The translations under genes were made by a program, and so were the position numbers. Under the pieces are notes generated by a model. It was given only the letters and a program-made list of their open reading frames with translations. It was not told the DNA's origin and ran no database searches. From assembly GCA_002269645.1 (NCBI GenBank), contig NIVC01002547.1, forward strand, positions 1-53,736: a DNA stretch of 53,736 bases, read 5' to 3'. Shown in pieces: positions 13,030-24,075 of this stretch; position 1 is the first letter of the stretch; every line of letters starts with the position of its first letter. The stretch is from Macrostomum lignano (taxonomy: Eukaryota).

Positions 13030-13630
13030 CTGCTAAATTGCAGACGATGCTGCTAAGCAGCTAAACTCCTGAAGGTATTGCTAAATGCTGAGTTGCGCAA
13101 GACTGGCGATATGTATCGAAAATTGATTAGTGAGCCGTAGTAAATGCTGAGCAAATTTTTAAATCATTGAGGGGCCAGCTGAGAGAACTGCAGACTGCTA
13201 AGGGGATAAATGAGAATTATTAAGGAAACACTTGCTGACTGCAAATGAATTGACTGCAGACTGCTGAGGGGAACAGCAGATTGTTGAAGGGATCATTGCA
13301 GACTGCAAAGGGGACAAACTGCAAACTGCTGACGTTAGTTAGTTTCTCGAGACTTATGAGCGTATAAGCTGCAAACTGCTGAGGGGATAGCTGCAGACTG
13401 CTAGGATAATAATGGCAGACTTCTGAGGAGGATATCTAACTGTGAATAGTTTTAGCTTGCTGTGGGGACAATTCTGGGTCCTTGAGGGATAAATGAATAA
13501 TAATAATAAAAGTTGTAGAGTACAAATGAGTTGTACGACTGCAGTCTGTTTTGCGGAATTAGAAGGGATTATTTCAGGTTGTTTTGGGGATAACTGCCGA
13601 TTTCTGGGGAGGGTTTAACTTTAAACTTCT
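13030..13630. repeat. Diverged older homolog of the second half of the 1.54-kb unit
   Basis: For example GGTATTGCTAAATGCTGAGT..GATATGTATCGAAAAT.GATTAGT and ATTTCAGGTTGTT..GGATAACTGCCGATTTCTGGGG are shared with about 9170-9640, with many substitutions and indels. Confidence 0.8.
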
Positions 13631-13664
13631 GAGGCGATAATAGTAGTCGCCTTTTAGCAGTTTG

Positions 13665-13975
13665 GAAGTGGTGCTAATCTGGGGAGCGGTGCTGATTTAA
13701 GGGAGTGGGGGCTAATCTGGGGAGCGGTGCTGATTTAAGGGAGTGGGGGCTAATCTGCTGGATTAGGGCTAATCTGAGGGATTGGGGCTAATCTGGGGGA
13801 TTGGGGCTAATCTAGAAGAAGTAGCGATGCGAATTTTAGCGGAGTGGTGCGAATCTGGGGAGGTGAAACTATCTGGGAAGCGGCGGTAATCTGTGGAGCA
13901 GTGCTAATCTGGGGGAAGTGGGGCTAATCTGGGGGTGTAGGGCTAATGTGGGAGAATTGTACTAATCTGGTGAGG
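13665..13975. repeat. Degenerate about 18-bp repeat with GGGGCTAATCTG core
   Basis: Repeated (G/T)GCTAATCTGGGG motifs, including an exact 39-bp duplication at about 13672-13750. Confidence 0.75.
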
Positions 13976-14616
13976 ATTTAAAAATAACAAATAATCATAA
14001 AAGAACTATAAATGAATTGACATTGCAAAGTTTCAAACATTAAGAAAAGTAACTTTTTCGAACTTTTTAGTCTCAGTAAAATTGGTGTACAACTGCTTAG
14101 AGATTTGCTACTGCAGAACTGCTCGGAGATTAGTGTGATTTGCTCAGCGACTGTGCAAAACTGCTTATAGACAAGCGCTAAATTGCTAAGAAGCCACCCG
14201 GAGGGGGGAAAAATGGCTAGTAGATTTCTATAGGCTCTATATATTATTATAAAAAAAACTATAAAATAAAATAAAGCTAATATAAATAATGTTCATGCAT
14301 GTGCAACTTGATTTTATCTGAAACTAGTGTGATAGTTTTCATGAAAATGTGACTGTTTATACCTAGAAAGTATTAAAATATAGATACTCGTAGATGACAA
14401 TTTTAGTTTCTTTGCTTTAAACAGAGCTTGCATATGCTGTGATAGGCATTGAAATGAAGCCATTTTATTTGTTATCAAACAGGTCAAAACGTTTTTTAGT
14501 ATAGGCCACTTGGATAAGGCGAACAGATGGCATTAGTATTGGCTCGCTGTTAGCATGCTTAAAATTTTTACTGTTGGCAGCAATAAGTCAGCACTCGCCG
14601 CCTCTTGCAGCACGCC

Positions 14617-16738
14617 ATGTCTGTTTTGGCAACCAGCGTGCCGCCCACCTTCGACCTCGGCTTGCTGCTTATCAACAACCCGAACCCACTGGATCCGGCC
14701 TCCACGCGAGGTCCCGAACTCGAGCCCTACCTGGCCGCGGTGGCCCGCGAGAATGCGCAGTCGCTGCTGTCGGAGATCTGGCAGCGGCTGCCCGCGGAGC
14801 GCGTGGAGGACGCGGTGGTGGCGCCCCTGCCGCCACCCAGCACGCCGTTGCCGCGGGAGAAGCCGCCGCCGAAGCCAAAGCCGCCGAGCCGCTGGGAGGA
14901 GTTCGCCCGCCTCAAGAGCATCCGCAGAAACAAGAAGGAGCAGGCGGTGTGGGACGAGGCCACTGGCGAGTGGCGGCCCCGCTGGGGCTACGGGCGGGCC
15001 GACCCCAGCAAGGAGTGGCTGCTGGAGGTGCCGGCCTCGGCCGACCCCAACGAGGACCAGTTCGGCCGGCTGAAGAAGGAGAAGAAAGAGCGCGTGGCCA
15101 AAAACGAGCTGCAGCGACTGAAGAACATCAGCCGGAACATGCGCCTCGGCGGCACCCTGCCCGCCCTCAGCGCCGGCGGCGGCGGCGCCACCAGCTCCAG
15201 CAAGGAGCTTAAGCGGGCCCTGGTGGTGGCCAAACGGTCTGACGCCTCAGTCGGACAGTTCTCGGCCAAAGTGGGCGGGGAAAAGGTTCGTTTAGCGCAT
15301 TCAAATAGCAAGTAATTAATAGCCATGAGCAGTGCTTTCTCAGCACAGTTGACGTACTATTAGCACTTTAACTTGCACCAATAATCCCATCCAGTTGCAA
15401 CCAATGATCCCATCCCGCTGCAACCAATAATCCCATCCGGTTGCAACCAATAATCCCATCCCGCTGCAACCAATAATCCCATCCAACTGCAACCAATGAT
15501 CCCATCCCGCTGCAAACAATAATCCCATCCAGCTGCAACCAATAATCCCATCCAGTTGTAACCAATAATCCGATCCAACTGCAACCCATCCCGCTGCAAT
15601 CAATAATCCCATCCAGCTGCAACCAATACTCCCATCCAGTTGTAACCAATAATCCCATCCCGCTGTAACCAATGATCCCATCCCGCTGCAATCAATAATT
15701 CTATCCCGCTGCAATCAATAATCCCATCCAGTTGTAACCAATAATCCCATCCCGCTGCAATCAATAATCCCATCCAGCTGCAACCAATAATCCCATCCAG
15801 TTGCAACTAATAATCCCATCCCGCTGTAACCAATAATCCCATCCAACTGCAACCAATGATCCCATCCCGCTGCAATCAATAATCCCATCCCGCTGCAATC
15901 AATAATCCCATCCAGTTGTAACCAATAATCCCATCCCGCTGCAACCAATAATCCCATCCAACTGCAACCCATCCCGCTGCAATCAATAATCCCATCCAGT
16001 TGTAACCAATAATCCCATCCCGCTGCAATCAATAATCCCATCCCACTGCAATTAATGATCCCATCCCGCTGCAACCAATGATCCCATCCCGCTGCCATCA
16101 ATGATCCCATCCCGCTGCAACCAATAATCCCATCCCGCTGCAACCAATGATCCCATCCCGCTGCCATCAATGATCCCATCCCGCTGCAACCAATGATCCC
16201 ATCCCGCTGCAATCAATGATCCCATCCCGCTGCAACCAATGATCCCATCCCGCTGCAACCAATGATCCCATCCCGCTGCCATCAATGATCCCATCCCGTA
16301 GCAACCAATAATCCCATCCCGCTGCAACCAAACATCTCACCTATCGTTGCCCTCATCCCGCAGGTCGGTCACCTGCAGGGCAGGCGGCGGCATTTCCTGC
16401 CCAACACGGGCTCGCTGACAGCAGAGCGGGGCATTCAGGAGCAGGTGCTGAAGGAGCTGGCGGCCCGCCGAACCGATCCGCTCAACACGGAGCGGGCCGT
16501 CAACCGGCTGCAGCAGCAGCGGGAGCAGTCCGGCGACGCTGCCAACGCGGTCAACGGGCGGAGGCGGCCGCAGAAGAAGAAGACGGCGGGCAAAGTGTCT
16601 ACCGAGGGCGGCAAGTCGAGGCGGCAGAACGCGCGGGACAGCAAGAGCCGCAAGTACAAGAAGGCAGCTGCCAGCGGTCGGGCCAATCAGAAGATGAAGT
16701 CGCTTATGAAGTCCAAGACTCTGGGCAAACGGAAATGA
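14617..16738 (+). CDS. RRS1: Ribosome biogenesis regulatory protein homolog RRS1; exons 14617-15285 and 16364-16738
   Basis: FDLGLLL, LPREKPPPKPKPPSRWEEFARLKSI, VWDEATGEWRPRWGY, WLLEVP..DPNEDQF, KKERVAKNELQRLKN and AKRSDASVGQF all match RRS1. Phase-0 GT-AG intron 15286-16363 joins to a Lys/Arg-rich C-terminus. The start ATG is uncertain because TTGCAG at 14605-14610 could be a splice acceptor. Confidence 0.95.
15377..16330. repeat. 23-bp minisatellite (CAACCAATAATCCCATCCCGCTG), about 41 copies, RRS1 intron
   Basis: Tandem periodicity seen directly; fills about 88% of the intron. Confidence 0.97.
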
Positions 16739-17143
16739 AAGTTTTGCTGCTTCTAGGAGAAAGTATCTTGTTTGGCATTTCCCTTGCAAACTAGTGTTAA
16801 TCACTGGCTCATATTATCAAAGCTTATTACATAGCTGCCACCTCTGAGTCAAGGTACTCTTTGTTATGGACTGCATTTTGCTGCCAGCGCTCGATCCCAG
16901 TCCTGACACCCTGGCCTCCGCCGCTGTCAGGGAGATTAATAAAATCTGACACACTGTCAGCTTGATGCGGAAAATTTCCACCTGCCGCCTGATTTCTTTT
17001 CGTTGCCTTGAATTTTTTTGTGGGAACTTTTGCCATACTATGCCAGTTCTAGACGATCCCAATGGCGGGCATTCTTCAGCTGCCTGCTCTGACACCCGGC
17101 CTGACACAATTCCTGCCGCTGACTGACCCCAGCCGCGGCAGCA

Positions 17144-20100
17144 ATGAGTGCAGACAAGCCAGTCGGTCCGCTGACCGTCACCTGCGTCAAGAACCTCACG
17201 GACAAGCTCTATGAGAAGCGGAAGACGGCGGCCATGGATATTGAGCGGTAATTACATTTGATTCACACACCTGCACCAGTGTACACCTGCCCCAGTGTAC
17301 ACCTGCCCCAGTGTACACCTGCCCCAGTGTACACCTGTCCCAGTGTACACCTGCACCAATGTACACCTGTCCTAGTGTACACCTGTCCCAATGTACACCT
17401 GCCCCAGTGTACAACTGCCCCAGTGTACACCTGCCATAGGGTACACCTGCCCCAATGTACACCTGCCCTAATGTACACCTGCCCCAGTGTACACCTGCAC
17501 CAATGTACACCTATCCCAGTGTACACCTGTTCAATGTACACCTGTCCCAGTGTACACCTTTTCAATGTACATCTGTCCCAGTGGACACCTGTCCCAGAGT
17601 ATATACTGCGGACTCCGCCCACAATTTACACACTGCCGCCCGCAGGATAGTGCGGGACTACCAGAAGGACGGCAAGGAGGCGGACACTCGCAGCCTGCTG
17701 TTCCTGCTGCGGTCGGAGTTCCTGGAGTCGGCCAACCCCAATACGCGCAAGGGCGGCCTCATCGGCCTGGCAGCGTCAGCCATCGCGCTGGGAAAGGTCG
17801 GCTTTTGGGGCTGCGAATCGCTAATTATCTATTAATAATAATAATAACCCTAACACCTGTCCCTGTATACACCTTCCCTGTGTACACCTGCCCTGTGTAC
17901 ACCTGCCCCTATATGCAACTTCCTCTGTATACACCTGCCCCTGTGTACACCTGCCCCTGTGTTCACCTTCTCTGTGTACACCTGCCCTGTGTACACCTGC
18001 CCCTATATGCAACTTCCTCTGTATACACCTGCCCCTGTGTACACCTGCCCCTGTGTACACCTGCCCCTGTGTACACCTGCCCCTGTTTACACCTGCCCCT
18101 GTGTACACCTGCCCCTGTGTTCACCTTCTCTGTGTACACCTGCCCTGTGTACACCTGCCCCTATATGCAACTTCCTCTGTATACACCTGCCCCTGTGTAC
18201 ACCTGCCCCTGTGTACACCTGCCCCTGTGTACACCTGCCCCTGTTTACACCTGCCCCTGTGTACACCTGCCCCTGTGTTCACCTTCTCTGTGTACACCTG
18301 CCCTGTGTACACCTGCCCCTATATGCAACTTCCTCTGTATACACCTGCCCCTGTTACACCTGCCCCTGTGTACACCTGCCCCTGTGTACACCTGCCCCTG
18401 TGTACACCTGCCCCTGTGTACACCTGCTCCAGGCAACTCATGAGGCAGAAGTCCAAAAGATAAGAACGATTTAGGGGCTACATATTTAAAAAATCAACTC
18501 ATCCTTCCGGTACAGGAGGCGCCGAAGTACACGGACGAGCTGTTCCGGCCCGCCTGCGACATCCTGTGCAACGACAGGGACAGCCGCGTCCGCTACTACG
18601 CCTGCGAAGCGCTGTACAACATCGTCAAGGTCATCCGGGCCAGCGTCATCCCGCACTTCAGCCTGCTGTTCGCCGGGCTCTCCGCCTGCGCCCAGGACCC
18701 TGAGGCCACCATTCGGAAGGGGTCCGAGATGCTCGACAAGCTGCTCAAGGTTTGGCTTGTATTACTATATACCATTTGCACTTGTGTACTGCCTGTCCGT
18801 GTTTTAGTGTCTGTCTGTCTCTGTCTTAGTGTCTGTCTGTCTGTCTGTCTGTCTCTGTCTTAGTGTCTGTCTTAGTGTCTGTCTGTCTCTGTCTTACTCG
18901 TAGTGTCTGACTGTCTGTCTGTCTGTCTGTCTGGGTTCTTGTGCCAAAATTAGCTCTGGGCTTTTGCTATTCTCTTCCATGATGGTCAACTCCAAGGCAC
19001 AGAATTGTGTATGCATGCCCGACGATGAGAAACTCAGGGCCGCTGTGCACCCTGTGTGCAAGTGAGTGCTCAGGGCCGCTGTGCACCCTGTGTGCATGTG
19101 AGTGCTCAGGGCCGCTGTGCACCCTGTGTGCAAGTGAGTGCTCAGGGCCGCTGTGCACCCTGTGTGCATGTGAGTGCTCAGGGCCGCTGTGCACCCTGTG
19201 TGCAAGTGAGTGCTCAGGGCCGCTGTGCACCCTGTTTGCATGTGAGTGCTCAGGGCCGCTGTGCACCCAGTGTGCATTTGAGCGCTCAGGGCTCTGCGGA
19301 TTCTTTGCCTCCCCGCTGGCTGCGAGTCGATTGCCGCCTTGACCTGTGGCAGCGCTCAAAGCCTGTGAAAGCAGTCTGTCTCTGTTTCTACTCTGTCTGT
19401 CTGCTTTTTCTTTCACCGGATTTCAGCCGCACTTCCATCCCACCGTCCCCCACTCCCCCGTGACTCCTTGCCCCCACTCCCGCAGGAGGTGGTGCTGGAC
19501 TCGAGCGCCGAGCGGCTCAGCATGGAGGAGTTCGTCAGTCTAGCCAAGGACAGAATGTACTCTGAGAATGTCTACGTGCGCCAGTTCCTGGTTTCCTGGG
19601 TGAGTAGGCTCTGGCCGCTGGGCAGCATTCTGAGCAATTTACTTGTGTATACAGGGACAGATTGAACTTTATCAACCCGCCCTCCTTCCCCAGGTGAGCA
19701 CCCTGCACTCATCGCCGCAGTTCAACCTGCTGCCGTTCCTGCACGAGCTGCTGGACGGCCTCCTGCTGATCCTCGGCGATGAGCGGCCGGAGATCTACCG
19801 CATGACGCTCGAGCTGCTCGACCAGCTGCTGGGCGACCTGGAGCGGCGGGGCTCAGCAGAGGCGGACTTCACTGGCATGATCAACATCATCGCCCAGCAC
19901 TGCGTCAGCAGGCAGGAGCCCGTGCGACAGGCGGCGCTTCGCTGGCTCGCGCAGCTCATCCCGCTCTGTCCCGACACTGTTAGGGGGCACGCGGCCAGCT
20001 TCCTGCAGGTTCGAGTCCGGGGAGTCAGTGGGGTACCTCGGTGTGATGGGATCTTTGAGTTACTCATGACGGGATCTTTGAGTTATTCATGATGGGATCT

Positions 20101-22890
20101 TTGAGTTACTCATGATGGGATCTAAGAAAGCTCTATGATCTTAAATACTCCCTATATCATCCTAGAATACACTTGACAGTATCTCGGAATTCACTTGACG
20201 GGATCCCAAAATACACCTGGCAGGATCCCAGAATACACCTGGCAGGATCCCAGAATACACCTGGCAGGATCCCAGAACATTTCCATTGTCACCTGCAGGC
20301 CCTGCTGCCATCGCTGGTGCTGCCGGCTCCGGCCGCCCGCCTGTCCGAGCTGGCCCGCGGTGCCAACGACCTGCTGCTGGGCCTCGTGAGCCGCGAGCAG
20401 CCGCCCTCCGAACAGTCGGTGGAGGCGCTGGTCTCCGTGCTGCTGCACGCCTGCGCCTCGCCGCCCAGCCTGCCGGTGGCCCTGGTGTGGCTGCGCCGCC
20501 TCCTCTCCCAGGTGCCCGCCCTGCTCTCCCGTCACGTGACCTCCCTGTTCCCCGTGCTGGCCAACACGCTGGCCGAGCTCAGCGCTGCATCGGCGCCGGA
20601 CGCGCTAGCCGACAGCCTGGCGACGCTGGCGGCTCTGGCCGAGTGTCCGGAACTGGCCGAGGCCGGCCAGGCCCTACTGGAGGCCGTGCCGGAGACGCTG
20701 CGGCAGCGGCTGGCCACCGAGCACCCCTGCTTCGTGCGGCTGGTGCACGAGATCTTCAAGCTGTTCCGCAGCAGGTCCAAGCTGACTGACAGCGGCCACG
20801 CCATCGTCACCTGCCTGAGCCGCCTGCTCACCCCGCAGCGGGTCTTCTCCGCCCTGGCGCTGCACATCCTGCACGCCTTCCCGGCCGAGGCCGCCGCCGA
20901 CTCATCCGAGCTGGAGGCCGCCTTCTACATGATTGGCGCCCTGAGCCTCATCCTGCTCACGGACTCCAGCCTGCACGAGTTCCGGCTGCAGCTGCACCGG
21001 CTGGATAACCAGGTGGGTTGCATTCGTGGGTGTGGGACCAGCGTCACTGAGGGTATGGGACCAGCGTCATTGAGGGTATGGGACCAGCGTCACGAAACTA
21101 AACACAAGATAAGAGTGGGATCACAGACCATGAGAGTGGGATCACAGACCATGAGAGTGGGATCACAGCCCATGAGAGTGGGATCACAGACCATGAGAGT
21201 GGGATCACAGCCCATGAGAGTGGGATCACAGCCCATGAGAGTGGGATCACAGACCATGAGAGTGGGATCAGTTGTCCATGAGAGTGGGATCACAGACCAT
21301 GAGAGTGGGATCACAGCCCATGAGAGTGGGATCAGTTGTCCACCCCTGTCCGCAGGCCATCGCAGACATCTGCGCCACGCTGTACCGGGCCTGGTGCCAC
21401 AACCCCGCGGCCACGCTCGCCCTCTGCTTCTTGTCGCGCAATTATGCCCACGCCAAGCTACTGGTCAGCAAGTTGTGAGTAGTGTGTTAAGGTTGTATTG
21501 CTGGCCCAGTTTCCAACTTTCGTTAATAAATTTACAACCAATTTCAACCACTTGAATTTTAGCGCAGACATTGAAATCACGACGCCTCTGCTGATCGAGC
21601 TGGACAAACTGATCCAGCTGCTGGAGTCCCCCATCTTCCTGTGTGAGACATGCTCTTCTTGCTTTTTATAATTTGCACCGCTTTGCTGTTTAGCTTGAGC
21701 CTAAAAGTTTAGTCTAGCATTCCAATTGCTCCACTCACCAGATTCCCATGCTGTCTGGCACTCCCCAAATCCCCGTGCTGTCTGGCACTCTCCGATCCCC
21801 GTGATGTCTGGCACTCCCTAAATCCCCATGCTGTCTGGCACTCTCCGATCCCCATGCTGTCTGGCACTCCCTAAATCCCCATGCTGTCTGGCACTCTCCA
21901 ATCCCCGTGATGTCTGGCACTCTCCGATCCCCGTGCTGTCTGGCACTCCCTACATCCCCATGCTGTCTGGCACTCCCTACATCCCCATGCTGTCTGGCAC
22001 TCCCTACATCCCCATGCTGTCTGGCACTCCCTACATCCCCATGCTGTCTGGCACTCCCTACATCCCCATGCTGTCTGGCACTCCCTACATCCCCATGCTG
22101 TCTGGCACTCCCTAAATCCCCATGCTGTCTGGCACTCTCCGATCCCCATGCTGTCTGGCACTCTCCGATCCCCGTGCTGTCTGGCACTCTCCGATCCCCG
22201 TAATGTCTGGCACTCTCCGATCCCCGTGATGTCTGGCACTCCCTAAATCCCCATGCTGTCTGGCACTCTCCGATCCCCGTGATGTCTGGCACTCTCCGAT
22301 CCCCGTGATGTCTGGCACTCTCCGATCCCCGTGCTGTCTGGCACTCCCTACATCCCCATGCTGTCTGGCACTCCCTACATCCCCATGCTGTCTGGCACTC
22401 CCTAAATCCCCATGCTGTCTGGCACTCCCCAAATCCCCATGGTGTCTCTTCTCAGATCCCCGTTTCGTCCGGCACTCCCAGAATGTGTTCCTTCCCGTAG
22501 TTGCAGGGGTTTCCCAACGCCCATCCCCGCTCCGCTCCCGCAGACGTCCGCCTGGACCTGCTGAACCCCGACTGCAGCCCCGACCTCACGGGCTGCCTGT
22601 TCGGCCTGCTGATGTGCCTGCCGCAAACCGAGGCCTTCCACCAGCTGCACCGGCGCCTGTCCTGCCTGCCGCCCCTGCACCTGCAGCACCAGCAGCAGCA
22701 GCCGCAGGTGCACAGCAACTGGCTGCTGGACTGCGACCCCAGCCTGGAGCAGTTCGCCCAGATCCAGGAGCTGCACCGCCAGGCCCGCCTGTCCACCGGC
22801 CACAGCCGGCAGCCGCAGACGCTGCCGCTGTCGCTGGTGTTGACCACCTCGACGATCGGCCGGACTCAGTCAGCCAGCAACATCCGGTGA
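17144..22890 (+). CDS. VAC14: VAC14 (PIKfyve complex scaffold), 9 exons: 17144-17247, 17646-17796, 18516-18749, 19486-19599, 19694-20008, 20299-21012, 21356-21474, 21563-21642, 22544-22890; 2178 nt, 725 aa
   Basis: [86 protein letters not shown] and LFGLLM.LPQ..AF.L..RL.CLP. All introns are GT-AG with compatible phases, and the summed length is divisible by 3. Confidence 0.96.
17270..17600. repeat. 16-bp minisatellite (GTACACCTGCCCCAGT), about 20 copies, VAC14 intron 1
   Basis: Tandem periodicity seen directly. Confidence 0.95.
17850..18428. repeat. 16-bp minisatellite (GTACACCTGCCCCTGT) with 158-bp higher-order repeat, VAC14 intron 2
   Basis: The variant block TATGCAACTTCCTCTGTATACACC recurs near 17912, 18007, 18165 and 18323. 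Duplicate ORF calls at 17963 and 18121 are 158 bp apart. Confidence 0.95.
18805..18932. repeat. (CTGT)n-type microsatellite, VAC14 intron 3
   Basis: Seen directly. Confidence 0.9.
19031..19290. repeat. 36-bp minisatellite (TGAGTGCTCAGGGCCGCTGTGCACCCTGTGTGCA(A/T)G), about 7 copies, VAC14 intron 3
   Basis: Tandem periodicity; 12-aa period in the spurious ORFs. Confidence 0.95.
20040..20280. repeat. Two short arrays in VAC14 intron 5: 23-bp GATGGGATCTTTGAGTTA(C/T)TCAT x3 and 22-bp ACACCTGGCAGGATCCCAGAAT x3
   Basis: Seen at about 20044-20120 and 20210-20278. Confidence 0.85.
21035..21335. repeat. Short GGGTATGGGACCAGCGTCA repeat then 21-bp minisatellite (TGAGAGTGGGATCACAG(A/C)CCA), about 11 copies, VAC14 intron 6
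   Basis: Tandem periodicity; gives RVGSQTM in the read-through frame. Confidence 0.93.
21745..22445. repeat. 27-bp minisatellite (CCCCATGCTGTCTGGCACTCCCTACAT), about 26 copies, VAC14 intron 8
   Basis: Tandem periodicity; 9-aa period in the spurious ORFs. Confidence 0.96.
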
Positions 22891-23390
22891 CTGGCTTGGC
22901 AAAAGTGAACAGAAATTTTTATTGCACTACTTTCAGTAGCAGCGCGCAGTCAAGCTGACTTGCTCTGCCCCGCTGCGATTCGCCACTCCACTTGGTGTCA
23001 ATGCGTATCATGAGAGGCCGCTCTCTCACTACTTTTGTATCAGTAGAGTGCACAAGTTTTCAGCATAATTATTTATATCTGCCTGATGAGGATGGAATTG
23101 AGTCTGATGCCTTGTGATTTCCCTGTTAATTCAATCCAGATTGCCTCGGTGCATCACTTTTTTATTTCCCATTTGATTGCCGCCTTTCGAGCCGTTCGAA
23201 TGCCAGCTGGAGTGCCAGTATTGCCGCCATTTCGCTTCTCCACCTGTCCGCATCAAAGTGAATAAAATTCCTACAATGAATGCCGCATTCCTGCGTGCTT
23301 TGTGCAGATTTTTAAATATCGATTTCGAATCTTGCTTTCGCGACTCACTAATTATTTGAAGTGGTGGACCGCTCAGCAGTACGGCCAATG

Positions 23391-23760
23391 GTATTAGCTG
23401 GCAGCTGGGTGCATGGGGAACCCTCTGGTTTCGGACACCTTGCTGCCGTTAGCTGCATGTATTAGCTGGCAGCTTGGTGCATGGGGACACCTTGCTGCTG
23501 TTAGCGACATGTATTAGCTGGCAGCTGGGTGCATGGGGACACCCTGCTGCTGTTAGCGACATGTATTAGCTGGAAGCTGGGTGCATGGGGAACCCTCTGG
23601 TTTCGGACACCTTGCTGCTGTTAGCTACATGTATTAGCTGGAAGCTGGGTGCATGGGGAACCCTCTGGTTTCGGACACCTTGCTGCTGTTAGCTGCATGT
23701 ATTAGCTGGCAGCTGGGTGCATGGGGAACCCTCTGGTTTCGGACACCTTGCTGCTGTTAG
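23391..23760. repeat. 68/50-bp minisatellite (GTATTAGCTGGCAGCTGGGTGCATGGGG[AACCCTCTGGTTTCGG]ACACCTTGCTGCTGTTAG...), about 6 copies, between the VAC14 and SPAG16 stops
   Basis: Seen directly; long and short unit variants alternate. Confidence 0.92.
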
Positions 23761-24075
23761 CACTCGTGCAATCTCCGGAGCCAAATAAAGTAGCGACATC
23801 CTGAGAAAACCGGTTCGCCACGCATCCAACAGCACTCAAGTGTTTGTTGGTCCCTCGATCTCATGCACAATAAAGCATTAAAAGCGATCAAAAGTGGAGG
23901 CCACTCTTTGAACCGAACCTAATAGTTCTGTCACTGCAAGCCGTGCAAGGCAGTTTCACATTTCATTCAAATAAAAATGATTCATTTTGTAATAAAAATT
24001 CATAAAGTAAATCGCAGTGCGCAAGAAAACTGTAAACAAATACTTGTACAAGCAGACAATGAAATTCCCGGGCCT

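Noticed and set aside
15340-22432. Many Cys/Trp-rich ORFs that look like metallothionein or keratin-associated proteins
   Set aside because: All map onto intronic arrays of RRS1 and VAC14.
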